From contig NC_057731.1 in NCBI RefSeq assembly GCF_004010195.1, positions 6,524,477-6,588,476 on the forward strand: DNA of 64,000 bases. Reading direction: 5' to 3'. How positions within the stretch are numbered: position 1 is the first letter of the stretch; the number at the start of each line of letters is the position of its first letter. Shown here piece by piece: positions 13,756 to 26,835 of the stretch. The notes under the pieces are model-generated. The model had not been told where the DNA came from. It did no database searches and was given only the letters and a program-made list of their open reading frames with translations. A program made the position numbers and the translations under genes. This stretch comes from Chiloscyllium plagiosum. Its lineage: Eukaryota.

Positions 13756-14012
13756 GTCATTGTACCTTGTCCCAGGATGGTCTGAATCCTATCCAAAAGG
13801 CACAATGGCCTTTTAGATATAAAGGCTCTGAATTAATTTGGAGACTGATTTGACATAGCTGTTTCTGAAATTGCTTCACCGGTGACAGCACTAATTAAGT
13901 GCCAATCTCATACCTCCTGACAGAGGCCAGTTGACGAGTCTAGATCCAGTATTGAAATAAAACTGTAAATGTTAGGCTGGACCTGCCAACGACAGGGCTG
14001 TTTCACCTAATA

Positions 14013-14164
14013 GGAGAAAGTGAGGACTGCAGATGCAGGAGATCAGAGCTTAAAAATGTGTTGCTGGAAAAGCGCAGCATCGGCTTATGCCTGAAACGTC
14101 GATTCTCCTGTTCCTTTGATGCTGCCTGACCTGCTGCGCTTTTCCAGCAACACATTTTTAAGCT
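14013..14164. mobile_element. Short Penelope-derived insert with 36-bp perfect inverted arms and 15-bp TSD
   Basis: Arms 14044-14079 / 14132-14167; flanks ctgtttcacctaata (13998-14012) and ctgtttaacctaata (14165-14179). Confidence 0.8.
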
Positions 14165-14299
14165 CTGTTTAACCTAATATCCAAATTTGGGAAGATTGCT
14201 ATGTGATATGCAGTTTATAAATGTTCCAGAGAACACAGATATCACTGGCAACAGTCATAGTAACAGGAAACCAGATTTCTTATCAACAAGACTGCATAC

Positions 14300-14395
14300 A
14301 TTCAAAGATCAAAAATCAAATGAGACCAGGTTATAGGCCAACAGGTTTATTTGAAATTGCAAGCTTTTGGAGAGCTGCTCCTTCTTCAGGTGTGG
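14300..14395 (-). mobile_element. Penelope pLTR fragment (second family) with decayed hammerhead core
   Basis: Minus strand cacCTGAAGAaggagcagctctccAAAAGCTTgc followed by aataaacctgttgg.ctataacctgg. Confidence 0.65.
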
Positions 14396-14863
14396 AATGA
14401 TAGAGAGGTACAAGACACATTATTTATAAGCCAAAAGTGTTAGGTGCATTCGTCAAAGGGAAATGGGTCAGGGTTGATTACTCTTTGGAGGGTCGGTCTG
14501 GACTTGTTAAGCCAAATGGCCCATTTCCACACTGTAGAGAATCTAATCTAATCAAAAAGTTAACAAGTTTAAAACTGTCTGCCCTTGTTGAATTCTTGAA
14601 TCAGTTAGGATGTAGAAGTTCAAAGATGACAGCAATGGAGGCACCTCTGGAGCAGTTTTGCCAATGACACAAATATTTTGTGGGAATTTAGCAGATAGAA
14701 AGGAAGTTTGTGATTTTGAGAGCAAAAGGATCAGGTGAGCTGTTGAGGGATGTTTATAGACAGAGGTGACAGGAAACAGGAACTTTGTGCGAACCTTTTT
14801 AGTCCTCATTTAGATAGGCTCGGTGCAGAAGTAAAACTCTACTCACTCACCTTCTCCTGTGCT

Positions 14864-15110
14864 TGGCACGGTGGCCCAGGTGTTAGCCCTGCTACCTCAC
14901 AGCGCCAGGGACTGTCTGTGAGGAGTTTGCACATTCTCCCCATGTCTGCGTGGGTTTCCTCCGAGTGCTCTGGTTTCCTCACACAGTCCAAAGATACACC
15001 GGTTAGGTAGATTGACCATGGGAAAATGCAGGGTTACAGAGGTAGGGTGGGTCTGGGTGCGATGATCTGGGTAGGTCGGTATGGATTTGAAGGGCCGAAT
15101 GGCACATGAT
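14864..15110 (+). mobile_element. HE1-type SINE (degenerate)
   Basis: ggcacggtggc head plus V core. Confidence 0.8.
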
Positions 15111-15236
15111 TCAAATAGCCCAATCCTTACCTCAGCCAGGCCAATCTTCTGTTCGGTGACTGTGCCTGGTTTAAGTTTGCTTCTCGCAATTGGGCTGGGT
15201 GTTGAGTCACGTTCCTGCTTTCTTTGCCTTCTGCAG

Positions 15237-15434
15237 GATGACCAGACTCCGTTGCATATTGCATCACGCCTGGGCAAGGCTGACATTGTGCAGCAGTTGT
15301 TGCAGCACGGCGCCTCTCCAGATGCAGCGACTACCTCTGGATACACCCCGCTGCACATCTCAGCCAGGGAAGGTCACGAAGACGTGGCTTCGGTTCTCCT
15401 GGAGCAGGGTGCTTCGCTGTCTGTGAACACCAAG
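15237..15434 (+). CDS. ANK3: ANK3 exon, repeats ~15-16: [16 protein letters not shown]...[32 protein letters not shown]
   Basis: ttctgcag| ... |gtacca; 198 nt, phase 0/0. Confidence 0.97.
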
Positions 15435-16841
15435 GTACCACCACTGAACTTTTACAGGGAGTAGGGGGGATGGGGTGAGGGGGAGCTATCCACTTTGACC
15501 TTAGTTGGGGAAATTGCACCAAGAGTGCCTGGGGATATGATCCTTCTCTGCACCTTCTCTCTGGCTGTAACACTGTATTCTGCATTCTGTTCTATTATCC
15601 TGACATACTTATGTAAGGTCTGATAACATACAAAACAATACTTTTTACTGTATCTTGGTTCATGTGACAATAATAAGTCAAATGTTTAGCTTAGGGCTTC
15701 AAGGTTCCGCTAAAACTTTGTCCCGAAACCACAAATGTCAAACTTCCAGTGATCAAACAGCTCAATTGAGCAGAGTGTTTTTGGATTGTTCTTGTATTCC
15801 TTGATGTATTTATGGGTGTAACTTGGCACAGTTTTATTCATGCAGCTTGCAATGCATTTGTCGCCAAAGATTCTTGGTATATTTTGATCAGGACCAATGA
15901 GCAACTTGATTTAAAACCACCTTTAAAAGATGCCTCATCAGTGGACGCTGAGTCAATGAAATCTTTTTTTGTCCCCAACGTAAAAAGGTGAAATAAGGGA
16001 CCCCATCCTAAAAGCGTGCAATTGGGGGATTCTCACAGCTTTGAGCTGGGGCTGTGGCCACTTTTGAAGTGGGGGCCTGATGTAGGTAAAAGACAGCAGA
16101 AAACAGCAACCACAGTGAGTTTGGCTTTGACTTGTTTCATTTGGAATCCCACGATCCTTTGCGCTGGTTTGGCTGACAGCTCGAATTTGCTGATGTTATC
16201 ACAGTAGAAAATGGGAACTTAACCCCTTGGTCACTCAACCAATCCTTCCACACTTCACAGCTTAAATAAAAAGATTAACTGCATTGTTGAGTTAGTCTAA
16301 TTTTAAAATTAGCTTGTGGGACATTAACGATGCTGGCTGACCATTATTTATTGCCCATCCCTTGTTGCCCTTGAGGAGGTGTTCTTGAGCTGTCTTCTTG
16401 CCCTTTCTATAGATACTTGTAAAAAAGTTTTCTCCGTTAATGATATCCATGGTTCTGGTAGGTATCTCTAACTCACATCCTCCGAAAGGTTGTGGATGCT
16501 GCAGTCAGTTAAGGGACCACACTGGAATGGTCAGTGATACAAGGAAAAGGGAATTCTGGGAGGTCAGTGGAGTTGAGCAGCACTATAGCAGTGATCTAAT
16601 TGATGAATGGGAACAGGCTCAAATGGCTGAATCACCTCAGTCTGTTCCTACATTTACAAGTTCATTACAAGAACTGCAAAATGTTGAGTCATCTGTCGAC
16701 ACATAAGGACCTTAATAACAGGAGCAGGAATGTGGTTCGACAAGCCTGCTGTGCCATTTGGTGCAATTGTTGTTGAATCTCCAGCATGGAGCCTGTTGAT
16801 ATGGGTATACTGATGGATCCCTGTGCACTGCCTCATTACAG

Positions 16842-16940
16842 AAAGGATTCACCCCACTCCACGTGGCTGCCAAATACGGGAAAATGGAGGTGGCCAACCT
16901 TTTGCTTCAGAAGTCTGCATCTCCTAATGCTTCTGGAAAG
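16842..16940 (+). CDS. ANK3: ANK3 exon, repeat ~17: [33 protein letters not shown]
   Basis: cattacag| ... |gtaata; 99 nt. Confidence 0.97.
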
Positions 16941-16994
16941 GTAATAATCGGTGCAGTTCTTCTTTAAAAATTCTGTTTATAATGACACGTCGGG

Positions 16995-17395
16995 GCGTGC
17001 CTCACTGACAGCATTCCCTCTGAATTGAAGGGCTTGTATTCAGGTTCCACTGTCGACACCAGGCTGACACTGCAGAACAATACAGAGGGATCTTTGTACT
17101 GTTGGAGGTGTCTCTTTTCAGAGGAGGCATTAAATCAGAAACCTGGCCGATCTCTCAGAGAAATGCAAAAAGTGCTGACACTAGCTGGACACCGGTGTCC
17201 TGGAAAATAGTCATCCCTCAAAGAGCACCAGGAGAAGTGGTCACTATCACTCACTATTTATGGGAGCTTGCTGTGCGCATATTGGGCCTGCCTAGTTTCC
17301 TATTTCACAACAGTGACTACACCTCAAAAAGGCTGCTTAGCACTGTGAGTACTCTGGTGTTTGGAAAGGCACGATAACAATGCAAATCTTCCTTT
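16995..17395 (+). mobile_element. Deu-domain SINE (SacSINE1/AmnSINE-like)
   Basis: aggctgacact..cagagggat..ttggaggtgtc..tgggagcttgctgtgcgcat..acaacagtgactacac..aaaggcacgata..atgcaaatctt. Confidence 0.7.
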
Positions 17396-17529
17396 CTCCT
17401 TTCTTTCTCCTTTAGCTGTGTGTGAGTGCATCTCACAAGAACTGCTACAACTGAGCTCAGCACCTGGAATCAGTTGATGCTCCCCTTCCTCTCCCCTATT
17501 TCCAAGTCGACCCTTCCTAGTCAAATATC

Positions 17530-17746
17530 TGAAATAATTCCACAAAGGCCAGTGCCTTTCTGTACACATGCGTTGTATGTGACACTGACCCAAATAGATC
17601 ATAGCCAGCTCCCAGAGTGAGCAGAACCCCTGGCACTCCTGTTTATATCTGTCAGCCAGGACTCCCTGATTGGACCAAATTCACCCTGACTCAGGGAACT
17701 CATATTCTATGAGGTCCACCTGACTGACCTCATTCCAATTATTACA
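17530..17746 (-). mobile_element. Solo LTR (217 bp)
   Basis: TG...CA ends; 5-bp TSD ATATC (17525-17529 / 17747-17751); CCAAT and TATAAA on the minus strand; homologous to 40004 and 61003. Confidence 0.8.
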
Positions 17747-18528
17747 ATATCCAGTCAGTACTAATTGTCAAGCCATATTGAAGCCAAAATATTTTGTGCA
17801 TATGTCCTTTGGAATCTCTGATTCAAATGAACTTGGGTCAGAAATACATCAATCATTCTTCCCTAATGGAGCTGTGTCAGGAGCCAATTGAATGATGTAT
17901 GTGGGGAGGGAACATCCATTCCGCCCAATCATGTCTGAGTACATGATAACCATGAACCAAGAGCTCAGAGTGTACAAGATGCCCCTGTTATAATGTTGAG
18001 TCCATTTTATTGGCTTCATCAACTCAGTAGCTCACCTGACAGCAAATGTTACAGTGACGCCGACTGAACCGAGAGATTGGAGCAGTCAGTTTCACTTGAG
18101 ACCTGCCTGAAGCAGCCCAAAGTCATCACTACTTTCTGCCTTTCCCCAGGACTGGACAACAGCGTAAACGACTTACTGCCATCTGAAGGCCTGCCAGCAG
18201 AGTTCAAACTGTCACCCCAAACTCTGCTGGCAAGACACAAAATGTGTGGATGTCCTGATCTACCATATCCCAGCTCCTCGTCTTTAAAAACAAATTTCTC
18301 ATCCTTGTGTTCAAGTATCGCTGTGTCTTAGTCCAGCCCTGTCTCTGTTCTCTCCTCCAGGCCCCTCTCAAATCTCTGCATTCCTTCACCATCTGACCCT
18401 GTGTGCCTTTGCCCCATTAAGTAGGAATCTTCACTGTATAAACTGAGCCTGCTTGGCTTAATGCAGTTTGTCCACTCTATGCATTGGGTAGTAAGTCCAT
18501 CTGAATCTGTTGACACATCACAGAATGG

Positions 18529-18825
18529 GTGGCTCAGTGGTTAGTACTGCTGCCTCACAATGCCAGGGACCTGGGTTCGATTCCACCCTCAGGTAACTGT
18601 CTGTGTGGAGTTTGCGCATTCTCCTCGTGTCTGCATGGGTTTCCTCCGGGTGCTCCAGTTTCCTCCCACAATCCAAAGATGTGCAGGTTAGGTCAATTGG
18701 CCATAGTTTCCAGGGATATGCAGGGTAGGTAGTTTAGCTATAGCATTTACAGAGATAGGGTGTGCGTCTGGGTCGGAAAGTCCATATGGACCGAATGGCC
18801 TCTTTCACACTGTAGGAATTCTGTG
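18529..18825 (+). mobile_element. HE1-type SINE with 12-bp flanking duplication
   Basis: A/B boxes and V core; atcacagaatgg at 18517-18528 and 18826-18837. Confidence 0.88.
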
Positions 18826-18890
18826 ATCACAGAATGGTGTGAGGTGTCTCAAGGAGATATTGGAACAGATTGCTGGAAGGTTGATTTTAA

Positions 18891-18994
18891 AGACAAAAAG
18901 TACTGCAGATGCTCGAATCCAACGTAGACAAGCAGGAGGCTGGAAGAACACAACAAGCCAGTATGTGGAGACGTTGACATTTTGGGTAGCCGAG
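18891..18994. mobile_element. Short Penelope-derived insert with 13-bp TSD
   Basis: actgcagatgct..gctggaagaacac signature; aggttgattttaa at 18878-18890 and 18995-19007. Confidence 0.7.
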
Positions 18995-19253
18995 AGGTTG
19001 ATTTTAAGCAGGAGGGGGGAGATGAAGAGACAGGGGGAGGTTTAGGGAGAAATCTTGAGAGCTGAGATGTCAAAGGTACAGCTGCCATTGGTGTGATGGA
19101 TGCAAAACATTTGCTGTGTCAAAGCGACCATATTGGGTAGTTGGCCATTCAGTCGTTTCATTAACAGGAGGTCATTTCAAGTTGCCTTTATTCCATTAGG
19201 TTCCTGATTCGATTGTGTTATCTCACCTTTTCTCCTATGTCTCCTCCTCCCAG

Positions 19254-19352
19254 AGCGGCCTGACCCCACTGCACGTGGCAGCTCACTATGACAACCAGAA
19301 AGTGGCCCTTCTGCTACTGGATCAAGGAGCCTCCCCTCACACAACAGCAAAG
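19254..19352 (+). CDS. ANK3: ANK3 exon, repeat ~18: [33 protein letters not shown]
   Basis: ctcccag| ... |gtacag; 99 nt. Confidence 0.97.
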
Positions 19353-22300
19353 GTACAGTGTACAGACGGCAAGGACATGGGAGCTAGCAGCCAGTGTGGA
19401 GAATGATACCAGTGTGGGGTTTGTGTACTGAGAACGTGGTGGGTTTTAGTTCAATTGTACCTACCCAGATGAGAGACTTCTCTCTGGGAATTAATCTGAC
19501 AAAATCTGTTGTTGCAATCAGTGGTTGATGGATTGGTTGGTAACATTTGTGGTATTATCTGAAAATATATGAAATGGATATACATTTGTGTTTTGTTTTT
19601 GAAACTTGCTTGCCGGTAATCGCCTGTAAGTTGAAGATGGAGAGATTGTCGGAGTTTGCTCTCATTGTTGGTTGATTGCACTGTTGACGTGAACTCCACA
19701 TCACAGAGTATAAGGGTCATTAGCTGAAAAAGCAGTACGTGATAACCTGTAACTCACTGTGGATTTCACTCCAAGAATGTTGTGTTCTGTAATGTAATCC
19801 TCATCTTAACACTCAGAATTGGTAGATTGTGTTTGTGTAGATGTTGTCACAGATAGTGCATGCGGACTTTGGAAACTCATAAGGGATTATGGTGAGGTTG
19901 TATCAGCTGAGTTAAAATCCTGCTGTTTCAACTCTTATTAAAGATGATTATGGTTATGACAATTCTACTTTTCACCTTTCAAAGGCATGTAGAACAGAGT
20001 GAAACTTTGAAAGGCTTGGTTCAGGTGAACCTCATCTGCATGCAGTTCAGGATGTGTCAGTCCCGTGACGTTCAGATCAGTGTTATAAACACCTTGTGGA
20101 TGCTAATAAACTGCAGTTCAATGTAAAACTGGTACCTTATTGTGTGGCTTTCATTCCTGACCTATGTGCTTCTCTCTGTCTTGTTGCCAGTTTCAACTTG
20201 CTGACCTCTTCATTCACTTGGAATAGGAGAACTACTTTAACCTGTTCACCATTGAATGAGATTTTGGCCAGTGTTCTTCCTGAGCTGTGTGACTGCAAAT
20301 GCAGGCTCAGCTACTTTAAGGTGCCCCTGTGATTACCAAAATATTTAAAGGGCTAACATACTGAATAAATTGACCTACTGCTAGAGAATGAGGATACATT
20401 GATGTTGGCTGAAATGTAATTTATAATGGCTTGCCAATCTTACCAGTGAACAGCCCAAGTTCCAATTTGAAAGTTTTCTTGCCTTTGTTCTGGAAGACCT
20501 CCCTCAATGCCTCCATTCACAACAAAGGAAAACCCCTCGATTAGATCATCCTTATCTTCGATACCATTTCTCATAAATCACCCCTGTTAGACCTGTTATT
20601 TTGATCAATCTGCTTGATACTCCCTCCAGGACCACTGGAACATTCCTGAAAGTGCTTACAATTAACAGCATGATCACAGGTACAGTTAAACTTTAGACAA
20701 CTGCAGCTTAACCTTGGACCCTGTACAATCCACTCCTCTTGACCTAATGGCCACCATTGTTAGAAATCATGTTTTGGATCTACCCACACATTTTTAGTGG
20801 GTTCCGTACTCAGCAGCGAATGGGGGTGATGGATAGCTCAGTTGGTTAGCTGACTGCTAGTAGATATAGAATGACCCCCAATGGCAGATGTTCAATGCCA
20901 CATATGGGTAGTTTATGGAGACCTGTTACCTCATCTTTCCCCATGCTTGATGTGGAACAGTGACCCTCAACCTATGTGCAGACTGTTCAAAGAGAGACCT
21001 CAGGTCCATTGTCGTCAATGGCTAATGGCCTTGAATTACTTGGACTCTGAAATCTCTCCTCTCAGCCACTGTTCTTGACTTGGCATTTAGAAAATATACT
21101 GGGATGTCTTTCTTGGATTCAAAGTGCACTTGCTCTTCCCCAGTAATGAAATCCATCTCCCACAGTTCTGCCCATTCACTAAATCTGTCAGGAATAAAAT
21201 GGTGATGGGGGGTGAGGGGGTTGGGATTGGTGTGTGTGGTGCTGGGAGATATTTGTGCTCCACCTTGTGGGTGAGACAACACTCATGGGGCATCCACAGC
21301 AGAAAGACAAGGGAGGAACAAGACAGGAATTTGGAGACACAGTATTGGAACTCTCACATAGTCAAATTCAAGTTTTTTATGCTGAGTCTCAGTGGTACTG
21401 TGGTACTGTCCCTACCCCTGGACTGGGAAACCCTGGTTCAAGTCCCACCTGGTCCAGAGGTGAGTAATAATATCTCTGACCAGAGTGTTTAGAAAATAAA
21501 AAGCTCCAACAAGCCAATTTAAAGTGGGAATGATACCATCTGGAAACCTGCCTTGGCCTACCTGGGTTTAACTAGAAGTGAGGCTGTAGGATCAGCTAGG
21601 CCCTGATGGCACAGGGGCGCAAACCCCCTTGGCCATGGTGAAGAGGGAAACATGTTCAATCCCTGGTCCCACAGGGTGGAGGCGTCTGATAGGGGGATCT
21701 GCTTCATTCTGCCTGCTCTGAGCCACCCCGGCCTGGTCACACCTATCATAGTTAAACCTGAAAAGGGTCAAATCGAGAAGAACAGTGTGACCCCTGGGAG
21801 CTGCAGTCCTGTGCCCCCATCCCGTTTAGTCTCTGTAGCGCCCAGAGATCTGCAGGTTGGAACTTGTTCAACTTGCTTCCATTTTATTCTGTTTACACCC
21901 AGTCCCCTCCTCCCCGTCATTAAAACTCTCCTCCCACCTAATGCTTGAGACCCTTAGGCCTGCATTCTGCAATCTATCTCCTAGGATGGTAGCAACTCCG
22001 TGCCCAGTCACATCTCACTGTAAATAATGAGAGATCAGACAAAGGAGAGATGTGTTTCATGAAGAGAGCAAGTTAAATCCAGAAAGTTGTCATCAAAGCA
22101 CATTTCTTTGAAGGGTTCTGTTGGAAAAATAATCAAAGTGTCACTGGTGTTGCTTTGATTTTCACTGAAAATTGAATTCAAAGAGTTATCACCTGAGGCA
22201 ACAGGCTTGGGTAGAATCAGAACGGATCCCAGCGCAACTGAGGAAAACTCATATCATCCCATCTCTTCACTTAAAACCACTCCCATCCTAGCAGCCAGCT

Positions 22301-22439
22301 GTGCCTTCAATGATTTCCAGCCTTACCATTGTCTCAGAATCCCATTCCACAGGGTGGTTAGTATCTGTGAGGAGAAGATATTTCCAACATGTCTTAAATT
22401 TGCCATTCACCCGCTTGAATATTGCTCATCCTATAAACA

Positions 22440-22596
22440 GAAGGACTGCAGATGCTGAAGAGTCAGAGTCAAGGAGTGTGTCACTGGAAAAGCACAGCAG
22501 GTCATTCCTGATGAAGGGCTTATGCTCGAAACATGAATTCTCCTGTTCCTTGAATTTTGCCTGACCGGCTGTGCTTTTCAGCACCACGCTTTGCAA
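22440..22596. mobile_element. Short Penelope-derived insert with inverted arms, hammerhead core and 15-bp TSD (2 mismatches)
   Basis: CTGATGAagggcttatgctcGAAAC at 22508-22532; ctcatcctataaaca (22425) / ctcatcctggaaaca (22597). Confidence 0.75.
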
Positions 22597-23311
22597 CTCA
22601 TCCTGGAAACATCCAAGTTCTCTTTCTCTAAGGTTTTTTTTTAAGGTGGAAAAGTTCAGCTCTTCCAGGCTTTTCTCATTACAGAGTCCCTTGGCTCATA
22701 GGATTCAGTTCCTTGGCTTACCTCTGAATTGTCTCGAGTAGGCTCACTCTCTGACCTGCCCAGGTTTTCAGTCTCAGGCCAGACGTTTCCTGATTTCATT
22801 CCTGATTCAGCAGCGTACTTGCTTTGCTGATTGCATTATCACACTGATGAAAAATGTTGTACTGCTGCTCTCTCCTTTAGCCTCTCACATGTAAACTCTG
22901 CCAAGTTTGAGCCAAGAGGTTTGGTAATGAGTGATGTATGGTCATTGGCCTGACTCCGATGCAAATTGAGGTCGCAACTAAACCTGAGGGGAGATTCCAG
23001 GGTCTTCATCCAGGAATCTTCTCAATTTTTTCCAAAGTGCCAGGATTAATTTTACCAAAGTGGAATCTGTCTCGAAGCAGGTGCTCAATGAGGAGCCTCA
23101 GGCTCCTGTGTATTTCGTCACAGCATTTTGGTCATTCTCAAATGGCCAAATGTAGCAGTGACACATGGCTAAAAACTAAGGAACTTCTTTTCATACAACG
23201 CTTGATATTCCTGGTGTTTGGAAGATTTCCAGCTCCTCCTTATATACCCACTTTGTAAAAAAAAGTTCTTCCTATGTTAACTTCAAAAATATTTGATTTT
23301 CACAAGAATTG

Positions 23312-23458
23312 TTTCCTTACCTGGTCTGGCCTACATGTGATTCCAGACCCACAGCAATGTGGTTGACTCTTAACTGCCTTGTGGTTAATTAGGGATGGGT
23401 TATAAATGCTGTCCTAGCCAGCAATGCCCTTATCCTGTGAATGAATTTGAAAAAAAAA
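23312..23458 (+). mobile_element. 3' part of a second tRNA-SINE family with poly-A tail
   Basis: cttacctggtctggcctacatgtgattccagacccacagcaatgtggttgactc; homologous to 39645-40003. Confidence 0.65.
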
Positions 23459-24869
23459 CTAAGAACATGCTTTCATGGCATGACCACATTGGATAATGAA
23501 GGAAAGAATACAATTAGAAGAAAAATGAAAATATTCTATTCTTATAGATACTGAAGTCTCTTCCTCTGAGGATAGTGATAACTAGCACCATGCTCTGAAT
23601 TATGTTTATAAATTTGCTGAAATAATGCACTGTTTTAAAAACCTCCCTGTCTGCCCATTGGCCATCTGACTATGAACCTCTCCACTTTGATGTGTCATTT
23701 GAACAAGTTAGACACTGCAGCAGCTAAGTATGAATTGGACTCTGTGTTTGATTCCTGGTTATAAATCCACATCGATAACCCCCCAACAGGTTTCCAATCA
23801 AACTCATTCTGCTTAACCTTATGCCTATACCTCACCCTCTGTATATCTCTGTCAATCTCCTTGTTTGTATCACTGTCTCTCTCAGTATTTCTTTTTGTCT
23901 GTACCGCGCTCTGAGTCTGTCACTTTCTGTGTTTCGCTTTGACTGCTTTCTTTGTATTTAGATATATTTGAATACATTTGCCTTGGTGAAGACATATTAT
24001 CTGCGTGTTCAGTCTGGCATCCATGAAGCAGATCTAAATTCCAGTTACTCTGTTTCAAACTGCTGCTGTTTATTGTTGAGGGTCAACCGTATCATTAAAA
24101 ACAAAACTCTTGAGTTTGCACTGTATTCACGGATTGGTTTTCATTAGATCCAGTTTGTTGGATCCCAGTCGATTATTCTTGAGAATTTGAGTGAGAGTTC
24201 AGGCCAGCCTGATATCACAAGGATATTCCAAACCACCCAGGGGGCAATGACATGGGATATCTGCTGGCAACAGATTCACAGTCTGACTGCTGGTGGGTCA
24301 GAATGGTGCTGCTAAAGACATCACCAGTTCAAAAGCAGCAATGTGGGAAAAGGTTTCTTCCAGTCACAACTAACTCATGGGAGCTCCTCAGTGTTATTAC
24401 TTGTGAATTCATGAGCCAATCCTTTTGGAATGTTTTCATGCTCCGACAGGCAATGATAATTGTCTCAAAAAAAATTTGCCCTCCTCGAATGCCCCAAACA
24501 CGCAAGATAATTTTCATCCTTTTTGAGAGAATTTTTTATTTAATATTTTTATATCCTGTGAACTGTGTGATCATTTTTAGCTACCGATCCACTTGAAATT
24601 TGAGGATGTTTAAAACGGTCCTGTTTGTGCACCCAACTGCAGCTTGACTGGCCGAAAGGGGGAACCCTGATTGGTTGTGTTGGACACTATATGTTGCACT
24701 AGGATCAGCAACTCTTTGATTGGACAGCTCATTGGAGGTGCCATCACATGACTGTCTGGTCCTAACCACTATGCCCCACCCTCCCACCATTGGCTGCCCG
24801 TCATAGCCATAGTGGTTGGACATGCCTTCCTACACCAATTGGTCAACTAACAGACTCTACGTTTATGTT

Positions 24870-25560
24870 GATTTATCCTTTCATGGGATGTGGGTGTCAC
24901 TGACTAGGCCAGCATTTATTGCCCGTGGGAAGGTGGTATTGAGCTGCCTTCTGGAACTGCTGCAGCCCCTGGAGAATGGGTCGAACCACATTGCTGTTAG
25001 GGAAGGAGTTCCAGGATTTTGACTTTTAATCGAGTGACAGTGAACGAACAATGGTACAGTTCCAAGTCAGGATAGCATGTGGCTTTGGAGGGGAACTTGG
25101 AGCTGAGGTAGTAGCCCCATGCATCTGCTGCCCTCGTCCTTTAGGTCATAGAAAATACAGGTTTAGATACTGCTGTGAAGTTTGGTGAGTTTCTGTGGTG
25201 CCTCTTGTAGATGCTACACACTACATCCGCTGTGTGTAGTGGTGATAGAGGGAGTGGATGTGTAAAGTGGTGGATGGGGTGTTGACCAAGCAAGCTGGGT
25301 TTTTTTTCTGGGATGATATCAAGATTTGTGAGTCTTGTTGAACCTGCATTCATCTGGACAGCTGGAGAATATTCCACAACATTCCTGACCTGTGATTTGT
25401 AGATGGTGGGTAAGGTTTCGGGAGTCAGAAGGTGAGTTAAGCTCTGTAAAATTCCTAGTGTCTGATCTACTCTTGTAGCCTCAGCATTAAGATGGCTAGT
25501 CAAGTTCAGGTTCTGGTCAATGCTAACCTATGGAATGTCAGTAGCAGAGGATTTCAGCCA
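24870..25560 (-). mobile_element. LINE 3' fragment (second family)
   Basis: ORF track 25141-25503 TIYKSQVRNVVEYSP = RT-LINE C-terminal region. Confidence 0.7.
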
Positions 25561-25993
25561 TGGGAGTGTGACTTTGATGCTGACTGTCAGTTCTGTTTCC
25601 ATTCCTTTTATAGTTGTAAGTATGAGTCCATTAAGAAACTTTACTAAAAATCCAGTTATTTCTTTCAATGCTCAAGATGGTTTGTTTCTGAGTCTTGTAG
25701 AGATTGTTCTAGAATTTCTGGAGACTCCGAGACAATACTAGTAGGTCGGAATCCCTATATACAGTTGGGTGATATGCTTGTGCAATGAAATGTGCAGACT
25801 GTGAATTTAAGAAAGGTTTTGAAAGACAAAAGCAGAGGGATTGGGAATGCTTTCTGCACTTCAAAAGTGAGAGTCTGTGCGTAACCTGAAACCCAACTTT
25901 GGCACTGTGCAGGGCAACTGATGCATACAACTATCTGAAACTCCTTATTATGGGTTAGCATGGTCTCTTGTCTTTTCTTTGACTCTTTTGTAG

Positions 25994-26191
25994 AATGGCT
26001 ACACGCCCCTACACATAGCCGCAAAGAAGAACCAGATGGACATTGCGACGACATTGCTGGAATATGGCGCTGACACCAACACCGTGACCAAACAAGGCAT
26101 TACACCTGTGCACCTAGCTGCCCAGGAGGGCCACGTGGACATGGTGTCCTTGCTCTTGACCCGCAATGCAGATGTAAACCTGGGAAACAAG
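25994..26191 (+). CDS. ANK3: ANK3 exon, repeats ~19-20: [29 protein letters not shown]...[23 protein letters not shown]
   Basis: ttttgtag| ... |gttggt; 198 nt. Confidence 0.97.
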
Positions 26192-26484
26192 GTTGGTGGC
26201 CTGCCAGCGCTGTCCCCCCATACTCTGCTTCTGCTCTTACATTGCTGCGTCATTGCTGAATGTTGCCTCATTGTGGCAATATGTTTCCACTGCTCTTGCA
26301 CACCCTGTTTCATTGCTTGGCCAACGTCCGTGAGTGACGAGCAGGAGAAGTCCCGCTTCAGCACCCTCACAACCGCTGGAGTACTCCGACTTGAGCCTTC
26401 CCAGCATTTCGTTTCCACAGCCTGCTCAACTCCTGGGAGAGGCTGCAAAACAGAGGGCACCCCAGGGGAAATAAAGGAAATTCA

Positions 26485-26835
26485 GCAGGGGCATGGATAG
26501 AAGAAATAGACAAGTTTTTTTCCCTGGGGTCGGGGAGTCCAGAACTAGAAGGCATAGGTTTAGGGTGAGAGGGGAAAGATATAAAAGAGACCTCAGGAGC
26601 AACTTTTTCACACAGAGGGTTGTACGTGTATGGAATGAGCTGCCAGAGGAAGTGGTGGAGGCTGGTACAATGACAACATTTAAAAGGCATCCGGATGGGT
26701 ATATGAATAGGAAGGGTTTGGAGGGATATGGGCCGGGTGCTGGCAGGTGGGACTAGATTGGGTTGGGATATCTGGTCGGCATGGACGGGTTGGACTGAAG
26801 GGTCTGTTTCCATGTTGTACATCTCAATGACTCTA
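26485..26835 (+). mobile_element. CR1/HER1-like LINE 3' end (relatively young)
   Basis: FFPGVGESRTRRHRFRVRGERYKRDLRSNFFTQRVVRVWNELPEEVVEAGT. Confidence 0.9.

Noticed and set aside
15081-26500. ORF-track proteins containing ankyrin motifs (15081-15464, 26036-26500 and similar) as standalone genes
   Set aside because: They are ANK3 exons read through into introns; splice sites delimit the real coding parts
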